A stretch of 45,031 nt of DNA from Chloroflexota bacterium (GTDB lineage Bacteria > Chloroflexota > Limnocylindria > Limnocylindrales > CSP1-4). The position numbers and the translations under genes are program-made. The stretch lies in the NCBI GenBank assembly GCA_031404615.1, contig JANNHX010000021.1:1-45031 (forward strand), given 5' to 3'. Positions 1 through 9,716 of the stretch are shown here, one piece after another (positions within the stretch are counted from its first letter, which is position 1; each line of letters begins with the position of its first letter). The notes beneath the pieces are model-generated. The model searched no databases. It was not told the DNA's origin and saw only the letters and a program-made list of their open reading frames with translations.

Positions 1-168
1 GGCGGCTTCGGTGGCCTCCTCGGTGGCGGTCACCGGGGTGGTGGCGGTGGGGCCGGGAGCCTGGGTCGCGGTCCCGGCGCCCGAGCTGGCGGTGGACGAC
101 CCGCCGCAGGCGGCGACGACGAGGGAGAGGCCGAGCGCACCCGCGAGCAGGCGGCGGTCGATGGCCAT
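1..168 (-). CDS. Secreted lipoprotein, N-terminal fragment (gene continues past the window start)
   Basis: Reverse complement from ATG at 168 reads MAIDRRLLAGALGLSLVVAACGGSSTASSGAGTATQ... It has a basic n-region, a hydrophobic core, a lipobox-like VAAC, then a Thr/Ala/Pro-rich linker. The frame stays open to position 1. It is absent from the ORF track because no stop lies inside the window. Confidence 0.6.
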   Translation of the reverse strand, partial: MAIDRRLLAGALGLSLVVAACGGSSTASSGAGTATQAPGPTATTPVTATEEATEAA

Positions 169-417
169 GTGGTGGTTCCTTTCGCGGGGGACGATCTGTG
201 CCGCGCGCGGGCCCCGGGCTCCGTGGCGGCCGGGGCACCGTACTCGGCGCCGGTGCCACGGGTCAACCGTCCGACGGTACGAGGAGGTTGCGACCGGGCG
301 ACGTTCCGGCGCTTCGGCCGGCTTCCGGCTCCGTCGAGCGTCCGGCAAGCGCCGGGAGACTCGGGGTCGTCACAGGCGCTGCCTCGAGGACCGTCCCGGG
401 GTGCGCTCGACCCGGAC

Positions 418-447
418 GTGGACGCTCCCCGGCGGCTCCGCTATGAT
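418..447 (+). promoter_or_regulatory. Candidate sigma-70-type promoter for the aminomutase gene
   Basis: GTGGAC (418-423), an 18-nt spacer, then TATGAT (442-447), in the only AT-richer patch upstream of ATG 476. If real, it argues against the in-frame ATG at 443 as the start. Confidence 0.3.
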
Positions 448-475
448 CGCCGTCCATTCAGGATGCATAGGATCT

Positions 476-2020
476 ATGCACTCGACCGGTGGCGGGACGC
501 CCGCCGATGGCAAGCGGGGCAGCGGAGGTTCGGCGGTGGTGGAGCAGGCGCAGGGTTCCGGCAGCGAGACGGCGATCGAGGCGGCGCCATGGGTGAACCA
601 GCGGGACCCCGCCAAGCGCCTCGGGCCGGACGGCAAGCCGGCGATCAGCCGTCGCGCCCCGAGGTGGGCGGACGTTCCCGACGAGAAGTGGAACGACTGG
701 AAGTGGCAGCTCTCCAACCGCGTCAACGACCTCGCGGACATCGAGCAGATCCTCGAGCTCACCGACGAGGAGCGTGAGGGCCTCTCCGCGCCGGACAAGT
801 TCCGCGTCGACGTCACGCCCTACTTCATCAGCCTGATCGACCCCAGGGACCCCAACGACCCGATCCGCCGCCAGATCATCCCGCTTGGCCGGGAGCTGCG
901 CAGCTTCACCGGGATGATGGAGGACAGCCTCGCCGAGGACCGCCACTCCCCGGTCCCGGGCCTGGTCCATCGCTACCCGGACCGCGTCCTGATGCTGATC
1001 ACGACGCAGTGCGCGGTCTACTGCCGCTATTGCACGCGGTCGCGGATCGTGGGCGACGCGACCCAGAACTTCAACCGCAAGGAGCACGAGGCCCAGCTCG
1101 AGTACATCCGCAACAACCCGCAGATCCGCGACGTGCTGATCAGCGGTGGCGACGGGCTCACGCTGGCACCGAAGCTTCTCGAGGCCGCTCTGCGCGGCCT
1201 GCGAGACATCCCCCACGTGGAGATCGTCCGCATCGGGTCCCGGGTGCCCGTGTTCATGCCCCAGCGGATCGACGACGCGCTGTGCGAGATGCTCGCCAAG
1301 TACCACCCGCTGTGGCTGAACATCCACGTCAACCACCCCAACGAGATCACGCCCGAGCTCGCCCGAGCCTGCGACAAGCTTTCGCGCGCCGGCATCCCGC
1401 TGGGCAACCAGTCCGTGCTGCTCGCGGGCGTCAACGACTGCGTCCACACGCAGCGCGAGCTGGTCCAACGCCTGGTCGAGAACCGAGTGCGGCCGTACTA
1501 CCTCTACCAGTGCGACCTCGTCGAGGGCGCCGGGCACTTCCGGACACCGGTCGGCAAGGGCCTCGAGATCATCGAGGGCCTGCGCGGCCACACCTCGGGC
1601 TATGCGGTGCCGCAGTTCATCGTCGATGCGCCGGGCGGCGGCGGGAAGATCCCCGTGATGCCGAACTACCTCGTGTCCTACTCGGACCACAAGGTGATCC
1701 TGCGCAACTACGAGGGCTACATCACCACCTACGAGGAGCCCGCCGAGTACCAGCCGCACGACCAGTCGACCTGCAAGTACTGCCTGAACCCCCGCCCGGA
1801 GCCGGGCCAGGAGGGCATCACCGGGCTGCTGGACGGCAAGAGGATGTGGATCGAGCCCGCTGGCTTCCAGCAGGTCCACGATCGCGGCGCGGTCGGGACG
1901 CATCGGCTCAAGGACCCGGCCAAGTGGGTGCCGCTGGGCGTTGGCGCGATCGAGGGGACCGCGACGGACTCGGCGCGCGCGCTGCCGGTGCTCGAGTCGG
2001 GGGACGTGGCGGCGGAGTAG
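476..2020 (+). CDS. kamA: Lysine 2,3-aminomutase family radical-SAM enzyme (KamA/AblA-like)
   Basis: Radical-SAM CxxxCxxC motif (CAVYCRYCTRS). KamA-like blocks WNDWKWQLSNR, ISGGDGL, YYLYQCDLVEGAGHFRTP and PQFIVDAPGGGGK. The upstream part of ORF 11..2020 is Arg-rich junk; in-frame ATGs lie at 443 and 476. Long Gly/Ser-rich N-terminal and C-terminal tails relative to canonical KamA. Confidence 0.85.
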   Translation: MHSTGGGTPADGKRGSGGSAVVEQAQGSGSETAIEAAPWVNQRDPAKRLGPDGKPAISRRAPRWADVPDEKWNDWKWQLSNRVNDLADIEQILELTDEEREGLSAPDKFRVDVTPYFISLIDPRDPNDPIRRQIIPLGRELRSFTGMMEDSLAEDRHSPVPGLVHRYPDRVLMLITTQCAVYCRYCTRSRIVGDATQNFNRKEHEAQLEYIRNNPQIRDVLISGGDGLTLAPKLLEAALRGLRDIPHVEIVRIGSRVPVFMPQRIDDALCEMLAKYHPLWLNIHVNHPNEITPELARACDKLSRAGIPLGNQSVLLAGVNDCVHTQRELVQRLVENRVRPYYLYQCDLVEGAGHFRTPVGKGLEIIEGLRGHTSGYAVPQFIVDAPGGGGKIPVMPNYLVSYSDHKVILRNYEGYITTYEEPAEYQPHDQSTCKYCLNPRPEPGQEGITGLLDGKRMWIEPAGFQQVHDRGAVGTHRLKDPAKWVPLGVGAIEGTATDSARALPVLESGDVAAE

Positions 2021-2307
2021 GTTCCGCGGCGCGGCCACGCGCCCACCTGGCCGCCTCGCGCCCACCTCGCGCCCATCTGGCCGCCCGGCGGTCCAACGGT
2101 CGACAGCGACCGACGACTCGATCGCGGGACGGTCACTTGGTGGTCGCGTGCCCTGAACCGGCCGCGCTCCCGACGCGCCCGGCCGCCGGGCGATGCAGAA
2201 CCGCGGTTGTCGCCGGCGCATGGACCGCGTGGCGGCCCGACGCACGAGCCGCCCCAGGGGTCGGCGCATGGACCGAGTGGCGGGCCGCCGGCGCCCCGGT
2301 CGCTGAG

Positions 2308-3081
2308 CTAGCGGCCCGCCTCGTCTTTGGCGGCGGCCCGCAGGTCGTCCGCGGTCAGGCGCAGGGACCGAGGCTCGCCCGTGGGCCCGTCGCGCTCACG
2401 CAGCTCCCAGCCCGGCAGGCCGGAACGCTTCGGTGACGAGGCGAGGGCCGATGCCACGACCTCGGCGACCTCGGCGGCGCTCGGGCTCTTGAGCGAGGCG
2501 ATCGCCGCGAGGACCGCACGGGCGAGCAGGCGCGTCGCGACGGCCGGGGTTCCGCCCCGGAGGTCACGCCGCACGAGGGCCTCGGCGTCGGTGATGCCGT
2601 CTCGCTCGAGGGCGGCGATGAGCTTGCGGGCACGGATGGCGCCGTCGCGATCGGCGTCCTCGAGGGCGCCCAGCCAGGTGCGGGCCGGCGGCGCGGGCGC
2701 GGGCTCCGGCGCGGGCTCAGGCGCGGGATCCGCGCGCGGATCCGCCTTGAGCACCGGCCGCGGGGCCGCGGGCGTCTTCGCGGGCGCGGCAGCCCGGGGC
2801 CGTGCCGCGGCTTTCGCGATCCGCGCGGCCAGCGGGGACGCCTCGACCGGCCCGCTCCGGGCCGCATCGCCCGCCGCCTTCGCCGCGTCGAGCGTCGCGA
2901 ACGGTCCCGAGGTGCGGGCGAGCCCCAGCTCGTCGAGCGCGTCGGTGTCCGTGACGAACCATCGCCCGCCGCCGGACTCCAGGGTGAATCGCCCGTCGGA
3001 CGACCGGTAGCGGCCCGCCTCGGCGCGCGCCCACGGCTTGACCGGCTTCTCCTTCTGCGGGCGCTTCGCGGCAGGGCTCAT
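2308..3081 (-). CDS. Hypothetical protein: small N-terminal domain, Pro/Ala-rich linker, helical C-terminal domain
   Basis: 257-aa ORF with protein-like composition (MSPAAKRPQKEKPVKPWARAEAGRYRSSDGRFTLESGGGRWFVTD...). ATG start with TAG stop. No family recognised. Confidence 0.55.
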   Translation of the reverse strand: MSPAAKRPQKEKPVKPWARAEAGRYRSSDGRFTLESGGGRWFVTDTDALDELGLARTSGPFATLDAAKAAGDAARSGPVEASPLAARIAKAAARPRAAAPAKTPAAPRPVLKADPRADPAPEPAPEPAPAPPARTWLGALEDADRDGAIRARKLIAALERDGITDAEALVRRDLRGGTPAVATRLLARAVLAAIASLKSPSAAEVAEVVASALASSPKRSGLPGWELRERDGPTGEPRSLRLTADDLRAAAKDEAGR

Positions 3082-3237
3082 CGCCCAACTCTACGGGACC
3101 GGCCAAGACCCGGCCCCGGGTCCTGCGACTACAATCGCCCGACCCATGACGGCCCCCGCTGCACCCCATCCAGGCGACGCCCTGCACGCCCCCGACACGC
3201 GGTTCTGCCACGGCTGGATCGTGCTGGCGTTGGCGGC

Positions 3238-3564
3238 GTGAGCGGCAAGCCCGAGGACCAGGCGTCCGGGGAAGAGGCGCCCGGGGTCGATGTGACCGAG
3301 GACGAGACGGCCGTGCCGGAGGAAGCGGCGGAGCCCGACAACGTTCCCCAGCCGAGGAAGCGCGGGCAGTCGATGGCGCAGTCCATCGGCGGCGTCCTGT
3401 TCGGGTTCGAGCAGCAGGTCTGGCGGAACATCCCACCGCCGCACGAGCTGGTGCACCACGCGCGACCGGACGACCCGCTGCCCGCCGGGGATGGCGGCCT
3501 CATGACGCTCGAGATGCCCGATCCCCTGGGGCCGACCGAGGTGGTCCCCCCGCGCCGCCGCTGA
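3238..3564 (+). CDS. Small acidic hypothetical protein
   Basis: 108-aa ORF with a GTG start. Acidic N-terminus and a conserved-looking core GVLFGFEQQVWRNIPPPHELV. High third-position GC. Confidence 0.5.
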   Translation: MSGKPEDQASGEEAPGVDVTEDETAVPEEAAEPDNVPQPRKRGQSMAQSIGGVLFGFEQQVWRNIPPPHELVHHARPDDPLPAGDGGLMTLEMPDPLGPTEVVPPRRR

Positions 3565-3675
3565 GCCGGGGCCCTTCGCCCGGTCGACCACGGCCCGGCG
3601 GGTGGCACGACGGGCGGCATGGCGGGCGCACGGCGGTGTGGGGGTCCCGTATCGGCCTCGTGCTAGCCTCGGGCG

Positions 3676-4119
3676 ATGAGCACGGACCCCGGCGCCATCG
3701 GTCGCCGCCCCCTCCCCGCCGGCTTTCCCGACGAGCTGCCGCGCCCTCCGGTCTACGCCGAGTCCGGCGACCCGTTCGCGACCCTGCGCGTGATCGACGC
3801 GGTCGCGCGGATGGACCGCGGCCGTCCGGTGCGGGTCGACGACATTGTCGACCGGCTCAACGCCAGCCACCTCGACTGGCTGTTCACGCGGCGGGTCGTC
3901 GTCGACGTCCTGGTCCTGCTCCAGGCGAACTGGATGACCGACTACCGCAACGCGTCGGGCATCGTGCTCGATGACGGCGACCGCGGCCCGATCGTCGCCC
4001 TCGAGGACTCGTCACGCGTCGACCCGTGGCTCGCGCAGCAGGCGCGGCGTGAGGCGCTGGCCTGTCGCGAGGCGCTCGACGAGTTCGCCCGCCGCGACAC
4101 CGTGCACTCCGGCGGCTGA
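3676..4119 (+). CDS. Hypothetical protein
   Basis: 147-aa ORF with an ATG start and globular-looking sequence (RVIDAVARMDRGRPVRVDDIVDRLNASHLDWLF...). No family recognised. Confidence 0.5.
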   Translation: MSTDPGAIGRRPLPAGFPDELPRPPVYAESGDPFATLRVIDAVARMDRGRPVRVDDIVDRLNASHLDWLFTRRVVVDVLVLLQANWMTDYRNASGIVLDDGDRGPIVALEDSSRVDPWLAQQARREALACREALDEFARRDTVHSGG

Positions 4120-4130
4120 CCGAGCGCACC

Positions 4131-4808
4131 GTGGCCGCGCCCTCCGAGCCCGAGTCCGCGCTGTCCGCGCCGGTCAAGGCGCTCCTCGAGGCGCAGGGCT
4201 ACCACGTCAAGGGTGAGATCCGGGGCTGCGACCTCGTCGGCGTCCGCGGCGATGACCCTCCCGTCATCGTGGAGCTCAAGCGGACGTTCTCGCTCGCCCT
4301 CGTCCACCAGGGCATCGACCGCCTCGCGCTGTCCGACGCCGTCTACCTCGCCGTCGGGGCCTGGCCGACCCGCGCCCCCGAGGTCCGGCGCCTGTGCCGG
4401 CGGCTGGGTCTCGGGCTCATCGTCGTGACCGCCGGCCGCGCGGATGTCCTCGAGGACCCGACGCCCTACCGCCCGCGCCGCGACGCCAGGCGCGCCGGCC
4501 GGCTCCTGCGCGAGCACCAGCGGCGCGTCGGTGACCCGATGCCCGGCGGCTCCACGCGCGTCCCGGTCATGACGGCCTACCGCCAGCAGGCGCTCCGCTG
4601 CGCGCGGCTGCTCGATGCCGGGTCGATGACACCGCGCGAGATGCGAGCGGCCGCGGACGTGCCCAACGCGGGCGGGATCCTCCGCGACGACGTCTACGGC
4701 TGGTTCGAGCGCATCGCGCGGGGGACGTATGCGCTCACGCCGAAGGGCCACGCGGCGCTCGAGGCGGACCGGGCGCTGGACCCGGCAGGGGCGAACGGCT
4801 CGGCCTGA
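4131..4808 (+). CDS. PD-(D/E)XK-like nuclease-fold protein with a C-terminal wHTH-like region (possibly DUF2161-type, from memory)
   Basis: GTG start 12 nt after the previous stop. The N-terminal block GCDLVGVRGDDPPVIVELKRTF fits a D...E-x-K restriction-endonuclease-like motif. The C-terminal part (TAYRQQALRCARLL...MTPREM...RGTYALT) looks like a winged helix. Confidence 0.55.
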   Translation: MAAPSEPESALSAPVKALLEAQGYHVKGEIRGCDLVGVRGDDPPVIVELKRTFSLALVHQGIDRLALSDAVYLAVGAWPTRAPEVRRLCRRLGLGLIVVTAGRADVLEDPTPYRPRRDARRAGRLLREHQRRVGDPMPGGSTRVPVMTAYRQQALRCARLLDAGSMTPREMRAAADVPNAGGILRDDVYGWFERIARGTYALTPKGHAALEADRALDPAGANGSA

Positions 4809-4859
4809 AGACCCCCGGGTCCGGGAGGAGGCGCTCCGGGTCGCCATCCGGGCGGTCGG

Positions 4860-6041
4860 TCATGCGGTCGCCCGCGGCCCCCGGCCGTAGCGGGCCATGG
4901 TGTCCAGGAGGCGCTCGTGGTCGAGGGCGTGCGCGGTGATCCCATCGCGCCCCGTCAGCGTCCCGGCGGCGAGCAGCGCGTTCACGACAGCCGCCTCGAC
5001 CGCCTCGACCGCCGCCTGGAACAGCGGCGACATGCCCTTGTCCACGACCATCCGCGCCTCGACCGTCCGCCGCGGGTCCTTCTCGGTCCCGGTGGCGCCG
5101 AGGCCGCGGTTGCCGGTCGCGAAGGCGATGAAGAGGTCGCCCGACCCGTGCGACGCGATGGAGCCCATGCGCGCGAGGCCAAGCCCCGCCCGCTGCGCGA
5201 GCCGCTCGCACTGGTGGGGGAGGAGCGGGGCGTCGGTCGCCAGCACCACGATGATCGAGCCGCCGCCCGGACCCTGTCGCCCGGCCATCGCCGGGGCCGC
5301 GTCCGAGCGGCCGGCGCTGTCGAGCTGGTCCATCTGGTCCCAGGCGCTCGGCACCTCGCTCACCGGGATCGCCTGGCCGACCGGCACGCCGTCGACCCGC
5401 AGCAGGTCGCGCGAGCCGTAGTTGGCCTGGACAAGCGCCCCGACGGTCCAGCCGCCGTCCGAGTCCGGCACCCGCCGCGAAGCCGTCCCGATCCCGCCCT
5501 TGAACTCGTGGAGGATCATCCCGGTCCCGCCGCCGACGTTGCCCTCCGCCACGGGACCGCCCGATGCCGACGCGAGCGCTGCGTCGACGTGCTCGGCCTT
5601 CACGTGGAAGCCGTCGATGTCGTTGAGCGCGCCGTCGTAGGTCTCGCCGACGACGGGCAGCGACCAGAAGACGCCCTGCCCCTTGTTCTCGCGCGCCGCG
5701 TGGGCGACGAGCGCGTCGCGCACGACGCCGACGGAATGCGTGTTGGTGATGCCGATGACGCCGCCGAGCATCCCGGACTCGCGGACCCACTCGAGCCCTG
5801 TGAGCTCACCGTTGCCGTTGAGCCGGTGGCAGCCCGCGAAGACGGGCTCGGTCCAGACGTGGTCCTCGTGCGGGACGATGATCGTGACGCCTGTCCGGAC
5901 CGGACCGTGCCCGACGACGAGCGGCCCGTCGCCGTGGATCAGCGTCGTGTGGCCGACCATGACGCCGGCCACGTCCGTGATGGCGTCATGCTCGCCGGGC
6001 CCGAGCAGACCGATCCGCAGGCCCAGGTCTCGAGCGCGCAC
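4860..6041 (-). CDS. DmpA/BapA-family aminopeptidase (peptidase S58)
   Basis: ITDVAGVMVGHTT, GITNTHSVG, NVGGGTGM and ASHGSGD blocks are typical of L-aminopeptidase/D-esterase DmpA. The GTG at 6041 is preceded by GGGGAGG at a 5-nt spacing, which is favoured over the longer ORF start at 6104. Confidence 0.8.
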   Translation of the reverse strand: MRARDLGLRIGLLGPGEHDAITDVAGVMVGHTTLIHGDGPLVVGHGPVRTGVTIIVPHEDHVWTEPVFAGCHRLNGNGELTGLEWVRESGMLGGVIGITNTHSVGVVRDALVAHAARENKGQGVFWSLPVVGETYDGALNDIDGFHVKAEHVDAALASASGGPVAEGNVGGGTGMILHEFKGGIGTASRRVPDSDGGWTVGALVQANYGSRDLLRVDGVPVGQAIPVSEVPSAWDQMDQLDSAGRSDAAPAMAGRQGPGGGSIIVVLATDAPLLPHQCERLAQRAGLGLARMGSIASHGSGDLFIAFATGNRGLGATGTEKDPRRTVEARMVVDKGMSPLFQAAVEAVEAAVVNALLAAGTLTGRDGITAHALDHERLLDTMARYGRGPRATA

Positions 6042-6056
6042 GGTGACCTCCCCTGG

Positions 6057-7640
6057 ATGTCTCAGGCGAATGTGGGCCGCGTCGCTGCGGCCACGGCCTA
6101 TCATCGCCCGGTGCCGCTCATCCCGGAAGCCTCGATCCCGAATCGCCCTGGCGGTGGTCTCACGCCGCCGCTGACCCCGGCGCCCGGTGCCGTGCGCGCC
6201 GTGCGCCTGCCGGTCCTGGACGCGGTCGCGCCGCTGGACGCCGCCGAGGCTTTCCGCGACCGGCCGGGGCTGGCCCTGCTCGAGAGCGCGCGGCCGGGGC
6301 GGACCGGTCGCTGGACCTACCTGACCGCCGATCCGGTCGCCGTGGTCGATGCGCCCGCGGAGGGGCCGGACCCGTTCGCCGAGGCGCGGGCACTCCTCGC
6401 TCGGATGGGAGACGGTGCGGGGACGGCCCCGGCCCAGTTGTCAGCGCCGGCTCCCGGCTCCGTGTCGGCGCCCCCGTTCACCGGTGGGCTGGTCGGCTTC
6501 CTCGGGTACGACCTCGGCCGGCGGTTCGAGCACCTGCCGTCGATCGCGAGTGTCGACCAGCACCTGCCGGTGATGCGGCTCGCGCTCCACGACTGGGCGC
6601 TCGCCTGGGACCGGCGGCGGGGCGAGGCGTGGCTCGGCGTTCGCGAGGTCGATGGCGACGCGGACCGTGCCGAGACCCGCGTGCGCGAGGTCCGCACCCG
6701 GGTGGAGGCGCTGGTCGCCGGCTACCTCCCGGACCCCCGTCCGGTGCCGGATCACCGTTCCGCGGCCGAGGCGCCGATCCCTGCGTCCTTCGTGTCCGGG
6801 ACCCCGCACGCTACCTGGCTCCGCGGCGTGAACGCCGTGCGGGAGGCCATCGGCCGCGGCGAGATCTACCAGGCCAACCTGACGCGCCGCCTCGAGGCGC
6901 CGTTCGCGGGCGACCCGTGGCCGCTGTTCCGGCGGTTGCGGACCGGCGACCCGGCACTGTTCGCGGGCTACCTGGACCTGGGCGCTTCGCCAGCGACGGG
7001 TGCGCCGCGTGCGTTGCTCTCGGCCTCGCCGGAGCCGTTCCTCGCGGTCGACGGCGCGGGCAACGTCAGCACCGACCCGATCAAGGGCACCCGACGCCGA
7101 GGCAGGACGCCGGCCGAGGACCGGGCATTGCTCCGCGAGCTCGTCGCGAGCCGCAAGGACCAGGCCGAGAACGTGATGATCGTCGACGTCCTGCGCAACG
7201 ACCTCGGGCGGGTCTGCGAGCCGGGCTCCGTGCGGGTGCCGCGGATCCTGCGCCCGGAGCGGACGGCGGCGGTCCAGCATCTCGTGACGACGGTGACGGG
7301 CCGCCTGCGAGCCGGTCACGACGCCTTCGACCTGCTGGCGGCCTCGTTTCCCGGAGGCTCGATCACCGGCGCGCCCAAGATCCGGGCGATGGAGATCATC
7401 GAGGGCCTCGAGCCCGTGCGGCGCGGGCCCTACTGCGGCGCGATGCTGTGGCTGGGCCCCGACGGGCGCCTCGGTTCGTCGATCCTGATCCGGACGTTCG
7501 TCGCGGATGGCGAGCGGCTCACGCTTCACGTCGGCGGGGGGATCACGTGGCGCAGCGTCCCGCAGGACGAGTGGGACGAGACGGTCGCCAAGGCACGCGG
7601 CCCGCTGGGCTCGTTCGGCGCGGTGGAGGTGGAGCGATGA
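6057..7640 (+). CDS. pabB: Aminodeoxychorismate synthase component I (chorismate-binding enzyme)
   Basis: C-terminal chorismate-binding blocks: IYQANLTRR, PIKGTRRRG, ENVMIVDVLRNDLGRV, FPGGSITGAPKIRAMEII and RGPYCGAMLW. The stop overlaps the start of a class IV aminotransferase (ATGA). Start is uncertain: ATG 6057 or GTG 6111. The first 1.1 kb of ORF 4917..7640 is antisense to the peptidase gene. Confidence 0.8.
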   Translation: MSQANVGRVAAATAYHRPVPLIPEASIPNRPGGGLTPPLTPAPGAVRAVRLPVLDAVAPLDAAEAFRDRPGLALLESARPGRTGRWTYLTADPVAVVDAPAEGPDPFAEARALLARMGDGAGTAPAQLSAPAPGSVSAPPFTGGLVGFLGYDLGRRFEHLPSIASVDQHLPVMRLALHDWALAWDRRRGEAWLGVREVDGDADRAETRVREVRTRVEALVAGYLPDPRPVPDHRSAAEAPIPASFVSGTPHATWLRGVNAVREAIGRGEIYQANLTRRLEAPFAGDPWPLFRRLRTGDPALFAGYLDLGASPATGAPRALLSASPEPFLAVDGAGNVSTDPIKGTRRRGRTPAEDRALLRELVASRKDQAENVMIVDVLRNDLGRVCEPGSVRVPRILRPERTAAVQHLVTTVTGRLRAGHDAFDLLAASFPGGSITGAPKIRAMEIIEGLEPVRRGPYCGAMLWLGPDGRLGSSILIRTFVADGERLTLHVGGGITWRSVPQDEWDETVAKARGPLGSFGAVEVER

Positions 7641-8548
7641 GCGACGCGCTGCCTCGGTTCGTATGGGTGGACGGCGCCGTCCGACCCGCCGAGGGGACGC
7701 ACCTGTCCGTGTTCGACCGCGGCTTCCAGCTGGGCGACGGCATCTTCGAGACGCTCCGCGCGCGCGGCGGCCGCACGACGGAGCTCGCCGAGCACACCGC
7801 GCGGCTGCGGCGTTCCGCGGACGGCCTCGCGATCGAGCTGCCGGACGATGTCGATGGGCTGGTCGCTCGCGGGATCGCCGAACTCCTGGCGGCAGAGGAC
7901 CTGGCCGGCCCCGAGAGCGATGCCTCCGTGCGCGTCACGGTCTCCCGCGGAGCCTGGTCCTCGCGCGGACTGCTCCCGCCGCGCTCCGTCCACCTGACCG
8001 CGACGATCGTCATCCAGGCCTGGCCCGTGACCCCGGCCCCACCGGACCACCTCGAGCGCGGCCTGTCGCTCGTGGCGTCGGCCGTCCGGCGGGACCCCGC
8101 CAACCCGATCGTCACGCTCAAGACGACGTCGCGCGCCGACTACGTGTTCGCCCGCCTCGAGGCCCGGCGTGCGGGCGCCGAGGACGCGGTCTTCCTCACG
8201 ATGTCCGGCCACCTCTCCGAGGCGACGACCGCGAACATCTTCCTGGTGCGGACGGCCCCCGATGGCGTGGTGGAGCTCGCGACCCCGGCGCTCGGGTGCG
8301 CGATCCTCCCTGGCACGACGCGCTCCTGGCTCCTGCGCTGGGCCGCGGGCGCGGGCCTGCGACCCGTGGAGGGCTGGCTCACCCCGGACGAGCTGGCGGC
8401 GGCGACCGAGGCGTTCATGTCCTCGTCCGTGGCCGGCGTCCTGCCGATCACCCGATTCAACGGCCACTCCATCGGCGCGGGGAAGCCCGGCCAGTGGACC
8501 CTTCGAGCCCGTGCGGACCGCGAAGCGGTGTTCGGCGCCGAGGGCTGA
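7637..8548 (+). CDS. pabC: Aminodeoxychorismate lyase / class IV aminotransferase
   Basis: Class IV fold signature (FDRGFQLGDGIFETLR, ATTANIF, ILPGTTR). The ATG overlaps the pabB stop (ATGA at 7637-7640). Confidence 0.75.
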   Translation: MSDALPRFVWVDGAVRPAEGTHLSVFDRGFQLGDGIFETLRARGGRTTELAEHTARLRRSADGLAIELPDDVDGLVARGIAELLAAEDLAGPESDASVRVTVSRGAWSSRGLLPPRSVHLTATIVIQAWPVTPAPPDHLERGLSLVASAVRRDPANPIVTLKTTSRADYVFARLEARRAGAEDAVFLTMSGHLSEATTANIFLVRTAPDGVVELATPALGCAILPGTTRSWLLRWAAGAGLRPVEGWLTPDELAAATEAFMSSSVAGVLPITRFNGHSIGAGKPGQWTLRARADREAVFGAEG

Positions 8549-8570
8549 CCGCCCGTCGCCCGGAGCTTGC

Positions 8571-9716
8571 TCAGCCGCGGTGCAGCACCATCTCCAGCAC
8601 CCGGCGCGCCGCGTCCGGCCGGCCGAGCCGCCGTGCGTTTGCGGCGAGAGACGCCAGGCGCTCCGGCTCCGTCAGCAGCCGGGCGATGTGCGCCGCCAGC
8701 TCGTCCGCATTGGCTGCGCGCAGGCCCGCCCCGTTCGCGAGCAGAAACGCCGCGTTGCGCTCCTCCTGGCCGGGGATCGGCGACACCACGATCATCGGCA
8801 GCCCCATCGCGAGACACTCGGCCGTCGTCAGGCCGCCCGGCTTCGTGACTGCGATGTCCGCGCAGGCCATGACACGCTCGACGGTCGTCGTGAAGCCGAT
8901 CGGGAACAGCCGGTCGGACGCGAACCGGGCCCGCCGTCGCAGGTCCTCGAGCAGCCCGGCGTTGCGCCCCGCCATCGCGATGATCTGCAGGCGCTCGTCC
9001 AGCGGGAGCAGCCGCTCGATCAGCGCCCCGATCGAGGTCACCCCCGCGCTCCCGGCCATGATCAGCAGGGTGGGCCGCGCGGGGTCCAGCCCCAGCTCCG
9101 CCGCGCATGCCTCGCGCTCCCATGGCTCGCCGAAGACGGGCATGACCGGGATCCCCGTCGCGCAGATCGCCTCGGTCGGGATCCCGCGCTCGGCCATGCG
9201 CCGCCCGATCTCCTCGTCGGCCGCGAGGTAGCCGGTCATGCGCTCGTGGATCCAGCTGGCGTGGAAGTCGAAGTCGGTCACCTGGACCCAGACCGGCCGG
9301 TCGAAGGTCCCCTTCCGAAGCATCCGCGACAGCAGCTGGGCCGGCAGGAAGTGCGTGCAGATGACGATGTCGGGGTCCAGCTCCCGAAGCCGCGCCGCGA
9401 AACGGCGCGTGCTCAACCGCTCGATCGCCTGGCGTACGCGGTTCAGCCTCGACTCGGCGGCGGCGCGGTCGGTCCTCGTGTAGAGGTAGCCCCAGACAGC
9501 CGGCCCATGCTCCACGACCTGCAGATAGCCATCGGCATATGTCTTTCGGAACGCCCGCGAGACCAGCGTCAGGACGTCGACGTGTGTCGCCTCGACATCC
9601 GGGAACCAGGCCCTTGCCGCCGCCTCGATCGCCTGGGCCGCGCGGACATGCCCGGCGCCGGCCGACACGCTGAAGATCGCAACCCTCGTCCTGCGCTTCG
9701 TCACGCGCCCCGTCAC
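8571..9716 (-). CDS. GT28-family glycosyltransferase (monogalactosyl/diglucosyl-diacylglycerol synthase-like)
   Basis: VAIFSVSAGAGHVRAAQAI, ICTHFLP, TKPGGLTTAECLAMGLPMIVVSPIPGQEERNA match MGDG synthase/UgtP-like enzymes. GTG at 9716 overlaps the upstream gene's TGA (GTGA); an alternative GTG lies at 9704. Confidence 0.8.
   Translation of the reverse strand: MTGRVTKRRTRVAIFSVSAGAGHVRAAQAIEAAARAWFPDVEATHVDVLTLVSRAFRKTYADGYLQVVEHGPAVWGYLYTRTDRAAAESRLNRVRQAIERLSTRRFAARLRELDPDIVICTHFLPAQLLSRMLRKGTFDRPVWVQVTDFDFHASWIHERMTGYLAADEEIGRRMAERGIPTEAICATGIPVMPVFGEPWEREACAAELGLDPARPTLLIMAGSAGVTSIGALIERLLPLDERLQIIAMAGRNAGLLEDLRRRARFASDRLFPIGFTTTVERVMACADIAVTKPGGLTTAECLAMGLPMIVVSPIPGQEERNAAFLLANGAGLRAANADELAAHIARLLTEPERLASLAANARRLGRPDAARRVLEMVLHRG

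Noticed and set aside
169-475. Possible lysine riboswitch in the roughly 300-nt region upstream of kamA.
   Set aside because: I could not locate the conserved L-box core elements by eye. The region is also a divergent promoter gap. A covariance-model scan (Rfam RF00168) would be needed, so no claim is made.
458-2269. 603-aa minus-strand ORF antisense to kamA. Comparable long ORFs: 4735..5790(-), 6441..7529(-), 17067..19214(+), 19254..21389(+), 31132..33546(-), 38952..41633(+), 41735..43012(+).
   Set aside because: All are Arg/Ala/Gly/Pro-rich with no recognisable motifs, and they lie opposite genes with strong family signatures. Long stop-free alternative frames are expected in DNA this GC-rich.
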